Of a stretch of DNA of 52,421 nucleotides, positions 9,039-18,340 are shown one piece after another. The stretch comes from Candidatus Iainarchaeum sp. (GTDB lineage Archaea > Iainarchaeota > Iainarchaeia > Iainarchaeales > Iainarchaeaceae), in assembly GCA_043812975.1 (NCBI GenBank), contig JBDRLP010000001.1:1-52421 (forward strand), read 5' to 3'. Position numbers and translations under genes: made by a program. The notes beneath the pieces were generated by a model, which ran no database searches, had not been told where the DNA came from, and saw only the letters and a list, made by a program, of their open reading frames with translations. The stretch's first letter is position 1; the number at the start of each line of letters is the position of its first letter.

Positions 9039-10463
9039 TTAAAAGCTCCCTCCCTGTCCGAATATTCTTCCAAGCATTGGGTGCATTTCCATTAATTGTT
9101 CCTTAGCTAATTCCTCATACATCCTGTAAACTATTCCTACTGTTAGTAAAATTCCAGTTCCTGAACCTATTGCGCCTGTCAAATCAGCAAATCCTGCTAA
9201 TATTCCGACAAATGCAGATCCAAGGATTGTTATTGTTGGAATATACCTGTCCAAAACCTGTTTTATTACTCTTGGATCTCTTCTAAAACCAGGGATATAC
9301 ATTCCGGCTTTTTGTAACTGGTCAGCAACCTTATCAGGTCCCTGGCCTCCAATTTCAATCCAAAGTCTTCCGAATATTATACATCCAACTGTAAGAATAA
9401 TAAGGTATAATAGTGCGTGGATTATGCTTCCGCCCAAACCAATTATTTGTAAAGTCGTAATGCTTTGAATCATCTGGTCAAACACTAGCGGACTTAATCC
9501 CTCAAGCAGAACCTGAGAAAATAAACCATATGGCGGAATAACTATTTGTGCAATTCCGTTCAATATGTCTCCAAGTATTGGTACGCCTTTTGCTAATGCG
9601 GCCCATATGCTGAAGTTAGCAAATAATGCTACTGCTAATATTACTGGCATGTTGGAAACGTAAAGGAACTTCACAGGATATCTTCCGCCTGTTCCTCTTC
9701 TTCCCATGGTTATTGGTATATTGACATGTATGCCCTCTGCATAAACAACTACAAAGAAAACAATTAATGTAAAAATTATTGGAAGTAAAGCAACAATGAA
9801 TGCGCTTGCAATATTAGTTCCGATTTCTCTGAAGAACAAGAAGAACAATCCTGATCCTTCAGTTAGTGAAATGTTCATTGCTAAGTCTAATGGCGAGAAT
9901 AGTCTCCAGATTATTCCTCCTGCAACTCCCCCTGCAATAAATAATCCTACTCCAGAGCCGATTCCGTACTTTGAAACAACCTCATCGAGATATAGAAGAA
10001 CTATTGATCCTAAAGCAACCTGTACTATAACAAATACAAACATTCCTTCTGCCGGAGCCAAAAAACCTGTAAGAGTGTAAACAATTGCTTCAAAGAAACT
10101 CAAAATAATTGTTAATAACTTTTGAACACCACTGAACTTTGCTTTATCTTCTTGATTTGAAAGATCTAATTTTACAATGCCTCCTCCAATCAGCAATTGT
10201 AATACAATTGATGCAAGTACAATAGGGCCGATTCCTACTGTTATTAATGAACCAATTTGTGATGCAAGTATAACCTGTAACTGTTCTAACTGGCCAGCGC
10301 TTTGTGCATTTAAACCAATAACAGTGATGTTTCCCATTATGAAAAACACAAGCAGAACTATTCCTGTCCAAATAAGTCTTTTCTTTAACGGCTGTTTTTC
10401 TTCAGGCGCCTTTACTTCAGGCAATAAACTGTAAATAGGCTGTAAAACTTCAAATAAACCCAT
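9039..10463 (-). CDS. secY: Preprotein translocase SecY
   Basis: GIGPIVLASIVLQLL, SKYGIGSGVGLFIA, YPVKFLYVSNMPVIL, IPGFRRDP, GTGILLTV. Confidence 0.98.
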   Translation of the reverse strand: MGLFEVLQPIYSLLPEVKAPEEKQPLKKRLIWTGIVLLVFFIMGNITVIGLNAQSAGQLEQLQVILASQIGSLITVGIGPIVLASIVLQLLIGGGIVKLDLSNQEDKAKFSGVQKLLTIILSFFEAIVYTLTGFLAPAEGMFVFVIVQVALGSIVLLYLDEVVSKYGIGSGVGLFIAGGVAGGIIWRLFSPLDLAMNISLTEGSGLFFLFFREIGTNIASAFIVALLPIIFTLIVFFVVVYAEGIHVNIPITMGRRGTGGRYPVKFLYVSNMPVILAVALFANFSIWAALAKGVPILGDILNGIAQIVIPPYGLFSQVLLEGLSPLVFDQMIQSITTLQIIGLGGSIIHALLYLIILTVGCIIFGRLWIEIGGQGPDKVADQLQKAGMYIPGFRRDPRVIKQVLDRYIPTITILGSAFVGILAGFADLTGAIGSGTGILLTVGIVYRMYEELAKEQLMEMHPMLGRIFGQGGSF

Positions 10464-10945
10464 TAAGCGACCTCTTTTTCAGTTTCTTCCATTTCTTCAG
10501 CCTCAGTTTCTTTTGCTTCAAAAGGATCTTCTTCTGAAACACTTCCGCCTGCTTTTTGGATTTTTTCTTCTGCCATTTTGGAAGCATTTGCATTTTCAAT
10601 TTTTATTTTGTGTGCAATAATTCCGTTTCCAAGGACTTTTCCAAATCCAAGTGCTTTACCATCAATTACAATAATGCTGCCATCTTTCTTTATTTTTCCA
10701 TTAGCCAACCAGTTTTCAATATTATCATTGATATAAGCGAGGCTGATTGTATTTTCTTTTTTTCTTGGTTTTAATGTTCTCTTTACTCCAAAGTCAACGT
10801 AATGTTTGCTAAACTTATGTTTATGTGAACCGGCTTTTCCTACTCCGCCTCTTGAGCCTGCACCTCTTCTGTTTTTGGTGCCTCCGCCTCCGTGAGTTCT
10901 CTGGCCTCTTAATTTATTTTTCTTTCTTCTTCTTCGTACAACCAT
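10463..10945 (-). CDS. rpl15: 50S ribosomal protein uL15 with acidic tail
   Basis: RGQRTHGGG, RRGAGSRGGVGKAG, GKVLGNG. Confidence 0.96.
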   Translation of the reverse strand: MVVRRRRKKNKLRGQRTHGGGGTKNRRGAGSRGGVGKAGSHKHKFSKHYVDFGVKRTLKPRKKENTISLAYINDNIENWLANGKIKKDGSIIVIDGKALGFGKVLGNGIIAHKIKIENANASKMAEEKIQKAGGSVSEEDPFEAKETEAEEMEETEKEVA

Positions 10946-10953
10946 TTTTTCAC

Positions 10954-11415
10954 CTAGTTCATACTAATTATAAGTTTGTTAATTTCTTCTCCTCGATAGC
11001 CAAGTGCTCCACCTACTGTGAATGGCTTTTTTATACCTGCTCTCTTGTGTCCTTTTCTGGGAGGATGTAATCTTATCACAGGAACAATTCCTAAATCCTT
11101 AAGTTTTACTTTTCCTTCGATAACACTTTTAGCTAATTCTTCAAAGCTGTTAATTTTCTTTTCTTTTAAAAATTCAAGTATAATTTTCTTTTTGCCTTCT
11201 AATCTTCCTCTTTTTGCAAGAACCTTTGTAAGAGTTTCTTCGTTTATTTCCCCGAAAGCAACGTAATCTTTTATTTTTTCAACCATTTTTTTGGAAGGGT
11301 TATCATCTTTGACCAAAACCATGTGGTTTGGTCTGAACAATCTTAAATTTTCCATAGTGTATGTTAAACTAGGGTTAACGTTCACAGTTCCTCTTATTCT
11401 AATAACTGCTATCAT
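10954..11415 (-). CDS. rpl30: 50S ribosomal protein uL30
   Basis: IAVIRIRG, RLHPPRKG, GALGYRGEEINKLI. Confidence 0.96.
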   Translation of the reverse strand: MIAVIRIRGTVNVNPSLTYTMENLRLFRPNHMVLVKDDNPSKKMVEKIKDYVAFGEINEETLTKVLAKRGRLEGKKKIILEFLKEKKINSFEELAKSVIEGKVKLKDLGIVPVIRLHPPRKGHKRAGIKKPFTVGGALGYRGEEINKLIISMN

Positions 11416-11501
11416 CTTTTAGCCTCCAATTCAACAGTTGCGTCTGTTGGGTACGCATACGTCCACCCTATCTGCGATAGGGTATAAATATTCAAATTCA
11501 T
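11412..11501 (-). CDS. Bridge mini-ORF, 29 aa (MNLNIYTLSQIGWTYAYPTDATVELEAKR)
   Basis: ATG overlaps the uS5 stop (ATGA); its TGA overlaps the uL30 ATG. Translation is inferred, not shown. Confidence 0.5.
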   Translation of the reverse strand: MNLNIYTLSQIGWTYAYPTDATVELEAKR

Positions 11502-11517
11502 CTTTTAGCCTCCAATT
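11412..11517 (+). repeat. Junction element (11432-11497) flanked by a 20-bp direct repeat of the uS5/uL30 junction
   Basis: TCATCTTTTAGCCTCCAATT at 11412-11431 and 11498-11517. Hairpins CAACAG-TTGCGT-CTGTTG and ACCCTATC-TGC-GATAGGGT. Confidence 0.92.
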
Positions 11518-12211
11518 TAGTGCTAATGTCATCTGAAACTCTGACCCTGCTTGTTGCAGCCAAAGCATCAATTGCAGCCTGAACAAAGTCTAAAGTTGAA
11601 GCAGTGTTTCCTTCACTTTTACTCCAAACATCTCTGATTCCAGCAAACTCTAGAACTGCCTTAATGTTATCCCCCGCAACCAAACCAGTTCCTTTTGGAG
11701 CTGGTAAAAGTTTTACTCTTACAGAGGATGATTTCCCTATAACATTAAATGGGACTGAGTGACTTTCTTTACATCTGCACTCCCAGCTTCCGCATGCTTT
11801 TCTTACTTTTTTAATGTTTAATTTTGCGTTTCTTGTTGCCTTGTTTATTGCTGGAAACTTTTCCTTGTCCTTAGCTGTACCTAAACCAATGTAAGATTGC
11901 CCGTCCCCGATAAGAACTGCTGCTCTGAATGAAAAATTTCTTCCCTGTCTTGTTACTTTTGTAGTTTTCTTAAAGTCAACCATTTTGTCTTTCAAATCAG
12001 GTACTAAAACATCAACTATTTGAGGTTCCATTATTCTGAAACCTTTTTTAAAGAAATCATCAAGGTTTGTTATTTTGTCTGCTTTAACTAATTTTCCAGC
12101 TTCTGTTTTTGGAACCCAGTCTGAAACAACCTTTACCCTGTCTTCTTCTTTTCTTATAAGTCTTTCTTCTTCAGTTTGTACTCTTCTTGGTCTTCTGGCC
12201 ATTTTACTCAC
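11498..12211 (-). CDS. rps5: 30S ribosomal protein uS5
   Basis: WVPKTEAGKLV, CGSWECRC, RVKLLPAPKGTGLVAG. Confidence 0.97.
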   Translation of the reverse strand: MSKMARRPRRVQTEEERLIRKEEDRVKVVSDWVPKTEAGKLVKADKITNLDDFFKKGFRIMEPQIVDVLVPDLKDKMVDFKKTTKVTRQGRNFSFRAAVLIGDGQSYIGLGTAKDKEKFPAINKATRNAKLNIKKVRKACGSWECRCKESHSVPFNVIGKSSSVRVKLLPAPKGTGLVAGDNIKAVLEFAGIRDVWSKSEGNTASTLDFVQAAIDALAATSRVRVSDDISTKLEAKR

Positions 12212-12713
12212 CTAGCTCCTTATCAATATTATTTTTTGTTTCTTCAAAATTTTTCTCAACATCCTCGCTAATATGTTTTCCGCTAACTCTGCCTTTTTTC
12301 GGGAACACCGTTTCATCAGCAGGAATATTTAATCCAGCATCAATTGCTCCTTTTAATGCACCAAATATTCTTCCGCCGTGGACAGGGGTTACTAAACCTA
12401 AGTCCAGAACTGCTTCTCCAACCTTTTCCTTCATTGCTTTTTTTGCACAAACATAACCTGTCAAGTACGCTGCAGGAATGTTTCCAGTGTGGCCTTTCCA
12501 ACCGAACTTTTTCAATGAACTTGTTGTAAAGTGAGATCTAACAACGTCTCCTTCTATTTTGTAAGTAACAATTTCACAGATAGTTGAGTTGTTGCTTTTT
12601 CTTACAACTAATCGGTCCTTGTTTGATTTTAACAATCCAAGTCTTTTCTTGTAATTAGTTTTGGATTCTCTTCTTCTTCTGAACTTTACTTTATAAGTTG
12701 GGCCTGAACTCAT
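12204..12713 (-). CDS. rpl18: 50S ribosomal protein uL18
   Basis: GPTYKVKFRRRRESKTNYKKR, NIPAAYLTG, KGAIDAGLNIP. Confidence 0.97.
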   Translation of the reverse strand: MSSGPTYKVKFRRRRESKTNYKKRLGLLKSNKDRLVVRKSNNSTICEIVTYKIEGDVVRSHFTTSSLKKFGWKGHTGNIPAAYLTGYVCAKKAMKEKVGEAVLDLGLVTPVHGGRIFGALKGAIDAGLNIPADETVFPKKGRVSGKHISEDVEKNFEETKNNIDKELGE

Positions 12714-13150
12714 TTTTTAGCCTCCCCTACCATTGCTTGAACATACTTCTTTCCCTTGAAGTATCCTCCTTTAATCATCAAATAAATCTGTCTTGCTGGT
12801 TTTTTCAGTTTAACACCGCTTTCTTTCATTTCTTTCAGAACTCTTCTTTGAGCTCTGACATTCTTAATCCATTTTTCTTTCTTGTTGGATCTTGCGTTTT
12901 TCTTTCCTGTTCTTTTACCATGGCCTTTTTTTCTTCCTTTCTTTTTCTTTGCTTTTAAGACTCTGGCCTTTGATTTGCTCTGAAGATTATCCTTTCTTTT
13001 TTTGATAACTCCATCTTTGATAAGTATTCTGACATCCTCTTTTGTCATGGCTTCTTTAACTTTTTGTCCTTCGCTTGGACTGATGTATACTTTGGTTTTC
13101 CCAATCTTGAGGAGTGCTGCTGTGATTGTTTTTGCTTTTTTGTTATCCAT
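12710..13150 (-). CDS. rpl19e: 50S ribosomal protein eL19
   Basis: AMTKEDVRILIKDGVI, GHGKRTGKKNAR, KWIKNVRAQRR. Confidence 0.96.
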   Translation of the reverse strand: MDNKKAKTITAALLKIGKTKVYISPSEGQKVKEAMTKEDVRILIKDGVIKKRKDNLQSKSKARVLKAKKKKGRKKGHGKRTGKKNARSNKKEKWIKNVRAQRRVLKEMKESGVKLKKPARQIYLMIKGGYFKGKKYVQAMVGEAKK

Positions 13151-13265
13151 TAACGGACACCTCCGTTAGCGAGGTGTGCACCTCATTGCAAAACCTTCGG
13201 TTTTGCGATGCCCCGTATCCGAAGGATACAAGGTTGGTAGCACATACATAAAGTTTCAAATTCAT
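13143..13265 (-). CDS. Bridge mini-ORF, 40 aa (MNLKLYVCATNLVSFGYGASQNRRFCNEVHTSLTEVSVNG)
   Basis: ATG overlaps the eL32 stop; TAA overlaps the eL19 start (ATGGATAA). Confidence 0.45.
   Translation of the reverse strand: MNLKLYVCATNLVSFGYGASQNRRFCNEVHTSLTEVSVNG
13151..13261 (+). repeat. Junction element with SD-containing hairpins between eL32 and eL19
   Basis: CACCTCCG...GAGGTGTGCAC...GTAGCAC shared with the copies at 39044 and 40958. Nested GCAAAACC-TTC-GGTTTTGC and GTATCC-GAA-GGATAC hairpins. Confidence 0.85.
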
Positions 13266-13897
13266 GGGTTTAACACCTTGATTCCTTTTTCTATTGCCTT
13301 GTCAACTATTGCCAGTTTTTTCTTTCTTCCGAGTCCTGAAGCAACTCTTATTGCGTGTTTGTCAGGAACATTGTTTATTTCCTGGATTGTTTTAACATTA
13401 AATTCTCTATATCCGCTTGGGTGAATGTCCCTAATTTCTTTAGGCGTCCTGAAACCCTCTTTTGGGGTATAACCATCACACATTTCGTGCTTTACGTCAA
13501 TTCCTCTTGGGAATCTCCATTTGTTCCACTTCGGGTTACTTTTCTTTCTAAGGCTTCTTTTTCCAAACCTTCCTCTGAAAGTAGGAGTTCCCTGTTTCTG
13601 GTTAACTTTTCTTCTTGTTTTAGCAACCGCAGCGTCGGTTTTAATTTGAACCTTTCTGCTCTTTTTCACTTTCTTTGGTTTTGCTTCTTTTGAATCTTTA
13701 ACTACCGTTGCGTCGGTAGGGTGCGCGTCCGCCTTCGGCAGGACTGCTTTAACATCTTTTTTAGCATCAGTTTTTTTTGTTTTAGTTTTAGGTGCAGCTG
13801 CTTTAATTTTCTCTTTAACAGCAACCTTTGCTTTAGGTTTTTCTTTTACTGTTTCTGCTTTTTTAGTTTCTTTTTTTTCTGTTTTCTTTTTAACCAT
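13262..13897 (-). CDS. rpl32e: 50S ribosomal protein eL32 with about 95 aa Lys-rich N-terminal extension
   Basis: PTFRGR, KWRFPRGID, IRDIHPSGYRE. Confidence 0.95.
   Translation of the reverse strand: MVKKKTEKKETKKAETVKEKPKAKVAVKEKIKAAAPKTKTKKTDAKKDVKAVLPKADAHPTDATVVKDSKEAKPKKVKKSRKVQIKTDAAVAKTRRKVNQKQGTPTFRGRFGKRSLRKKSNPKWNKWRFPRGIDVKHEMCDGYTPKEGFRTPKEIRDIHPSGYREFNVKTIQEINNVPDKHAIRVASGLGRKKKLAIVDKAIEKGIKVLNP
13696..13753 (+). repeat. Palindromic element copy, in frame in eL32 (AVLPKADAHPTDATV), flanked by 7-bp direct repeats
   Basis: CTTTAAC at 13696-13702 and 13747-13753; insert plus one repeat is 51 nt (17 codons). CTACCG-TTGCGT-CGGTAG and GTCCGCC-TTC-GGCAGGAC hairpins. Confidence 0.9.
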
Positions 13898-13907
13898 TTC
13901 AATTCAC

Positions 13908-14447
13908 CTAAATTGTTTTCGCTTTCTCCGTAATGTAAATTCCGTCAGTGTAAACTCTAATATCTTTTCCTTTGATTTTTGTAGCTTGTTCCATGTTAGC
14001 TGCGGTCTGGCCAACGTGTTCTTTATTCTGTCCTGATACTGTAATGTCTTTTCCTTTTATCTCGACTTTTGTATTTCCAACAATCTTTGCTTTTCTTTGT
14101 TTTTTTCCGCCTGCAAGATTGTTTATTTCAATAATTCCGTTATTTACTTTTACTGTCATTGGGAAGTGACTGTAAACAACTTCTAATTTGTAAACAAAAT
14201 CTTCTTGTAATCCTTTCATAAGGTTTTTGACGTGAGATCCTATTGTTTTGCTTTCCGCCAGAACATTTTTTCTTTCGATTTTTATCCAGACTTCGATTTT
14301 TGAATCCGCTTTTTTAAGCAAAACTTCTGTTGATCTGAAGTGTCTTATGTTTTCTTTCCCGTTAGCACTTACTTTAATGTCGTTTCCATTAAGCTCTACT
14401 TGTATTCCTTCAGGAATTTCAATTGTTTCTACTAGTTTTTCTGCCAT
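13908..14447 (-). CDS. rpl6: 50S ribosomal protein uL6
   Basis: YSHFPM, VGQTAANMEQ, KDIRVYTDGIYI. Confidence 0.97.
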   Translation of the reverse strand: MAEKLVETIEIPEGIQVELNGNDIKVSANGKENIRHFRSTEVLLKKADSKIEVWIKIERKNVLAESKTIGSHVKNLMKGLQEDFVYKLEVVYSHFPMTVKVNNGIIEINNLAGGKKQRKAKIVGNTKVEIKGKDITVSGQNKEHVGQTAANMEQATKIKGKDIRVYTDGIYITEKAKTI

Positions 14448-14457
14448 TTTTAATCAC

Positions 14458-14850
14458 TTAGTAAACGTATGCTAACAGCCTTCCCCCGGTCTGCATTTCT
14501 TTTGCTTTGTTGTGTGTGGTTACGCCTTTTGGAGTTGAAACTATTAATGTTCCTATATCGTAGGAAGGCAAGTATCTTTTTTCGAACTTTTCATACTCTG
14601 TTTTTTTTACAGCATATCTTGGTTTAATTGCTCGGCATTCGTTTATTTTTCCGACTAATTCAACCTTGAAAAGACCTTCTCTTCCGTCATCAATAAACTC
14701 AAATGTTCCGATGTAACCTTTTTCCTGCAATATTTTCAGGATTTCTTTGAGTAGTTTTGACGCTGGCCTGATTACGCATTCTTTCTTTGATGCGTTCTCT
14801 GTATTTTTAAGGTTTATTAGTGCATCTGCTATAGGGTCGTTTCTACTCAT
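14458..14850 (-). CDS. rps8: 30S ribosomal protein uS8
   Basis: [28 protein letters not shown]. Confidence 0.97.
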   Translation of the reverse strand: MSRNDPIADALINLKNTENASKKECVIRPASKLLKEILKILQEKGYIGTFEFIDDGREGLFKVELVGKINECRAIKPRYAVKKTEYEKFEKRYLPSYDIGTLIVSTPKGVTTHNKAKEMQTGGRLLAYVY

Positions 14851-14865
14851 CCAAAATCATCTCCT

Positions 14866-15024
14866 TTAATCATACTTCCTGAATCCTATTTTTTCTGCAT
14901 TTTCTTTGAAACATCTTCTGCAAAGTTGTAAATTATATTTTCTAATCACGCCTTTGTGTGAACCACATCTTTTGCATATTTGTGGCTGTACTTTCCATGG
15001 TTTTATTATTTTATTTTCACTCAT
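14866..15024 (-). CDS. rps14: 30S ribosomal protein uS14 (52 aa)
   Basis: Below the ORF track cutoff; manual translation [55 protein letters not shown] overlaps the uL5 stop. Confidence 0.95.
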   Translation of the reverse strand: MSENKIIKPWKVQPQICKRCGSHKGVIRKYNLQLCRRCFKENAEKIGFRKYD

Positions 15025-15533
15025 TCTACTTCAACCCCGAACTTTTCCTTTACAAAATCTATTGCCTCGTTTTGATGAATCAAGTGTGAATGTAAAATCT
15101 TTGACTTGCCAATTTTTCTTCTTTTAATCCTGTAACCAGGTCTTTCCAAAGTAACCAATACATCAAACCCCTTGATTCCGAGCTTTGGATCATACTTTGC
15201 TTTTGGTAAATCAATATATTCTTTTACTCCAAATCCGAAATTTCCCTGTTTGTCAAAACTCTTTTTCTTTATCTTCTTATCTTTTGCAAGGAATGCTTCA
15301 GTAAGGAATATCTCTGCTTTGTTTCCTCTAAGTGTAACTTTTGTGCCGATAGTTAATCCTGGTCTTAAACCCCAGTCAGGTTGTTTAACCTTACACTTTG
15401 TTAGTGTTGGCTTTGCTCCTGTAACTTTTTCGAGAATAGTCGTAGCTTTCTTTAATTCTTCACCTTTCTGACCAACACCCATGTTGATTGTGACTTTCTC
15501 TACTTTGATTTTTTTCATTTTATTATCCGCCAT
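15021..15533 (-). CDS. rpl5: 50S ribosomal protein uL5
   Basis: [36 protein letters not shown]. Confidence 0.97.
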   Translation of the reverse strand: MADNKMKKIKVEKVTINMGVGQKGEELKKATTILEKVTGAKPTLTKCKVKQPDWGLRPGLTIGTKVTLRGNKAEIFLTEAFLAKDKKIKKKSFDKQGNFGFGVKEYIDLPKAKYDPKLGIKGFDVLVTLERPGYRIKRRKIGKSKILHSHLIHQNEAIDFVKEKFGVEVE

Positions 15534-15680
15534 AATAATCACTCTGCTTCCACCGTTGCGTCACCCTTGCGGGTACTCCCTTCGGTCGCGGCGGAGTACG
15601 CGTCCATCTCGCCCGTTAGGGATGGACTCGGTAGGACTTGCTCATTTCGTTTGCATTTCACCATAATAATCACTCTGCTT
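15530..15680 (+). repeat. Composite junction element (15550-15660) flanked by a 20-bp direct repeat of the eS4/uL5 junction
   Basis: CCATAATAATCACTCTGCTT at 15530-15549 and 15661-15680; contains several family modules. Confidence 0.92.
15539..15664 (-). CDS. Bridge mini-ORF, 41 aa (MVKCKRNEQVLPSPSLTGEMDAYSAATEGSTRKGDATVEAE)
   Basis: Starts at the ATG of the upstream repeat copy and ends exactly at the duplicated eS4 stop. Confidence 0.5.
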   Translation of the reverse strand: MVKCKRNEQVLPSPSLTGEMDAYSAATEGSTRKGDATVEAE

Positions 15681-16398
15681 TAAGTACCTCTACTTCTGAT
15701 TTTGATTTTCCGACAACCATTACGTTTCTGGTTACTGTTTGGAATCCTGTTTCTTTATCTCCTAAACTTACAAATTTCTTTTTCTGCAGACTTCCCTTAT
15801 CAACACTTTCAACTGTGTTTGTTTCTCCAACGTGTGTTCCCCCGGTCAGGAATACTATGTATCCTTTTTCCATTGGATAAATTTCTTCAATCTTTACTTC
15901 TGGTAAGGAAACCTTGATTGAGTCATCCACATTTATTCTTTCTTTTTCAATTGCAATTGTGAAACCGTCATTTGTGGTTATCCATGTTTTGCCGCCTTTT
16001 ACTTTTCTTTTGTTGACTACTTTACTTATCTTGAAATCTTTTCCTTTTGCGTCAACTTCTTTCATAACAATTCTTCCTTTTTTGTCAAAAATTGCTCTGT
16101 ACTTTTTCTTTGCATCATCCATTGCAACAACATCAAATAATCCTACAGGAAACCGGTGGTTTTTTCTTACAGAACCATTAACTTTTACTTTTCCCTCTGA
16201 AATAATCTTCTTTGCTTCTTTCATGTTTCTTACTGCTTCAAGTAAGTGTTTTAAAATAAAAGCTAAAGGGACCGAGGTTTCTTTGGTGTGAGGTCCTGGC
16301 TTGCTTTGGATAGTGAATACGTTTTCTTTTCTCATAAAGTACCTTGCTTTAGGTGCTGATAAGCTCTTTTGTGATTTTGTTTCTCCTCTATTTGCCAT
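15670..16398 (-). CDS. rps4e: 30S ribosomal protein eS4
   Basis: KPGPHTKETSVPL, FPVGLFDVV, TGGTHVG. Confidence 0.97.
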   Translation of the reverse strand: MANRGETKSQKSLSAPKARYFMRKENVFTIQSKPGPHTKETSVPLAFILKHLLEAVRNMKEAKKIISEGKVKVNGSVRKNHRFPVGLFDVVAMDDAKKKYRAIFDKKGRIVMKEVDAKGKDFKISKVVNKRKVKGGKTWITTNDGFTIAIEKERINVDDSIKVSLPEVKIEEIYPMEKGYIVFLTGGTHVGETNTVESVDKGSLQKKKFVSLGDKETGFQTVTRNVMVVGKSKSEVEVLKAE

Positions 16399-16837
16399 CT
16401 TCTTTCACCTTCTCCTTTTTATTTGCTTTAACTTCTGTTTTTGCCCCTGCACCCTCACGGGTATTCCCTTTGGTCACAATTTTTTTACCTTTTAATCTTC
16501 TGTCATCTTTATCCTCAATATTTACAATCATCAAATTACTCGCTTTGAAAGGAATCTGAATTTCAGTGCCGTCTAATCTTTTTCTTGTTATTCCTTCAAT
16601 AAGCACCTGTCTTTTTTGTCTTAAAATTGCAGTAATATGCCCCTGCTTTCCGACAAACTTTTCATTCCCTCTCATTATCTTTACTGTGTCTCCTTTTCTT
16701 CCATCCAGACTTCTTTTTCCAATGCTTTCCTTCAATTCCTTGCTTAAGTGCATTGCGAATTCTTTTTGCTGTAAGTGTAATGGTTTGGTGTAATGCCATT
16801 TTCTCTGTTTTTTTGGTTTTGAACTTGTTAATGTCAT
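16388..16837 (-). CDS. rpl24: 50S ribosomal protein uL24
   Basis: SSKPKKQRK, RKGDTVKIMRG, PFKASNLMI. Confidence 0.96.
   Translation of the reverse strand: MTLTSSKPKKQRKWHYTKPLHLQQKEFAMHLSKELKESIGKRSLDGRKGDTVKIMRGNEKFVGKQGHITAILRQKRQVLIEGITRKRLDGTEIQIPFKASNLMIVNIEDKDDRRLKGKKIVTKGNTREGAGAKTEVKANKKEKVKEDGK
16444..16477 (+). repeat. Short palindromic element copy, in frame in the uL24 tail (VTKGNTREGAG)
   Basis: CCCCTGCACCCTCACGGGTATTCCCTTTGGTCAC is the 21444 copy lacking its middle hairpin. Confidence 0.8.
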
Positions 16838-16838
16838 T

Positions 16839-17240
16839 TTATGCAACTCCTGCGCTTATTCCTGCTATTTTTGGAAACCTTTCACCGACTTCCTTTGCAA
16901 CTACTCCTTTAACCTCTGATCCTTTTGGTAATCCTTTTTCATCAACCAAAACAACCGCATTGTCCTCAAACTTTACTCTTGTTCCATCAGGTCTTCGGTA
17001 TTCTTTTTTCTGCCTGATTATAACTGCTTTTTCAACTTTCTTTCTTATTTCAGGTTTTCCTTTCTTAACAACAACATTGCACATTTCCCCGACTCCGCCT
17101 CTTGGGTGTGTGCCTTTTCTTCCGTGATACTTGTAAACAGTAATTATCCTTACTTCTTTTGCACCTGAATTATCTGCACAAATACACCTGCTTCCAAAGC
17201 CCAATGCTCTAACCGGTGATGCGCTCATTGCTTTCATCAT
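16839..17240 (-). CDS. rpl14: 50S ribosomal protein uL14
   Basis: [27 protein letters not shown]. Confidence 0.97.
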   Translation of the reverse strand: MMKAMSASPVRALGFGSRCICADNSGAKEVRIITVYKYHGRKGTHPRGGVGEMCNVVVKKGKPEIRKKVEKAVIIRQKKEYRRPDGTRVKFEDNAVVLVDEKGLPKGSEVKGVVAKEVGERFPKIAGISAGVA

Positions 17241-17530
17241 TGTTCACCTTTCTTAACTATCTCTAAAACTACAAAACTTTTTGTTTTGGAAATTTTTCTT
17301 GTTTCCCCGATCTTTACCATATCTCCTTCATTAACTTCCATTCCTTCAGGGATATGTGCACTAATTTTGCTTTTTGATTTCTTGTATCTTTCGAACTTCC
17401 TAATGTACTGGGTTGTTTTTCTTTCAATTGTAACTGTTTTCGGTGCTTTTGCACTGACAACTTTACCGATAAAAATACTGCCTCTTACACTGTGGCCACT
17501 GCTTACTGGTTTTGTTTCTTTTTCACTCAT
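17237..17530 (-). CDS. rps17: 30S ribosomal protein uS17
   Basis: [33 protein letters not shown]. Confidence 0.96.
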   Translation of the reverse strand: MSEKETKPVSSGHSVRGSIFIGKVVSAKAPKTVTIERKTTQYIRKFERYKKSKSKISAHIPEGMEVNEGDMVKIGETRKISKTKSFVVLEIVKKGEQ

Positions 17531-17825
17531 TTTTCTTCCTCCAAAGTACTTTTACTCGTTGCTCTGGTTTATACAAAATCTTTTTTCCATCAACTTTTAC
17601 TTTTTCTTTTCCAAGTTTAAACTCAAATTCCGCTTCATTTTTTGGAACTATTTTTTCAATGCCTTTGCTTTCAATTACTAAAGTGTTCTTGGTCTCATCA
17701 ACAACTATTCCTTTCAGGTTTTCCCTGCTTGCATCACTACTTCTTGAAACTCTTGCTTCCAAGCCTATTAGCTCGTGGCCAAGGATATTTTCAGGCGTTA
17801 TGCAGTAATGTTCTGTTTTAAGCAT
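17523..17825 (-). CDS. rnp1: Ribonuclease P protein component 1 (Rpp29/Pop4)
   Basis: HELIGL, GIVVDETKNTL, VPKNEAEFEF; conserved position. Confidence 0.93.
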   Translation of the reverse strand: MLKTEHYCITPENILGHELIGLEARVSRSSDASRENLKGIVVDETKNTLVIESKGIEKIVPKNEAEFEFKLGKEKVKVDGKKILYKPEQRVKVLWRKKNE

Positions 17826-18120
17826 CGATTTGTTCCTCCTTGTATCCATCTTTCAATAAAATTTCCTTAACTTTCATCGAATGTTTTCCTTGTAATTCAA
17901 TTACGCTTTTTTTGACAGTTCCGCCGCAGGCAAGTTTCTTTTTCATTTCTTTTCCAAGCCTTTTTGCTTCCTTATCGTCTTCGAATCCTGAGACTATTGT
18001 AACTATTTTACCAAACCTTCTTGCTATTCCTCTTATCTTGATTTTTTGAGTTTCTTTTGTTATTTCCCCAAAATCAAGAAGGTCTTTTGGTAATCCGGTT
18101 ATCTTATCAATCTCAACCAT
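17818..18120 (-). CDS. sui1: Translation initiation factor aIF1 (SUI1)
   Basis: RRFGKIVTIVSG, KKKLACGGTVK, IELQGKH. Confidence 0.95.
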   Translation of the reverse strand: MVEIDKITGLPKDLLDFGEITKETQKIKIRGIARRFGKIVTIVSGFEDDKEAKRLGKEMKKKLACGGTVKKSVIELQGKHSMKVKEILLKDGYKEEQIDA

Positions 18121-18122
18121 TC

Positions 18123-18335
18123 TTACTTTTTCACCCCTATTTTTTTCTCTGCAACTATTGTCAAAATCCTTGCAATTTGTCTTCTGGTATTTTTTATTTT
18201 TGAAGGCTTTTCTGCCCTTGTTCCAGAAGCAACCATTGCTTTTTCTTTTGAAAGGTCATTCTTCAGGTCAACAAGCTTTCCTTCAAGCTCCTCAACTGAA
18301 TTATCCCTCAAAATTGCGAGTCTTTTTTTACCCAT
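18123..18335 (-). CDS. rpl29: 50S ribosomal protein uL29
   Basis: EKPSKIKNTRRQIARILT. Confidence 0.95.
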   Translation of the reverse strand: MGKKRLAILRDNSVEELEGKLVDLKNDLSKEKAMVASGTRAEKPSKIKNTRRQIARILTIVAEKKIGVKK

Positions 18336-18340
18336 AAAAA

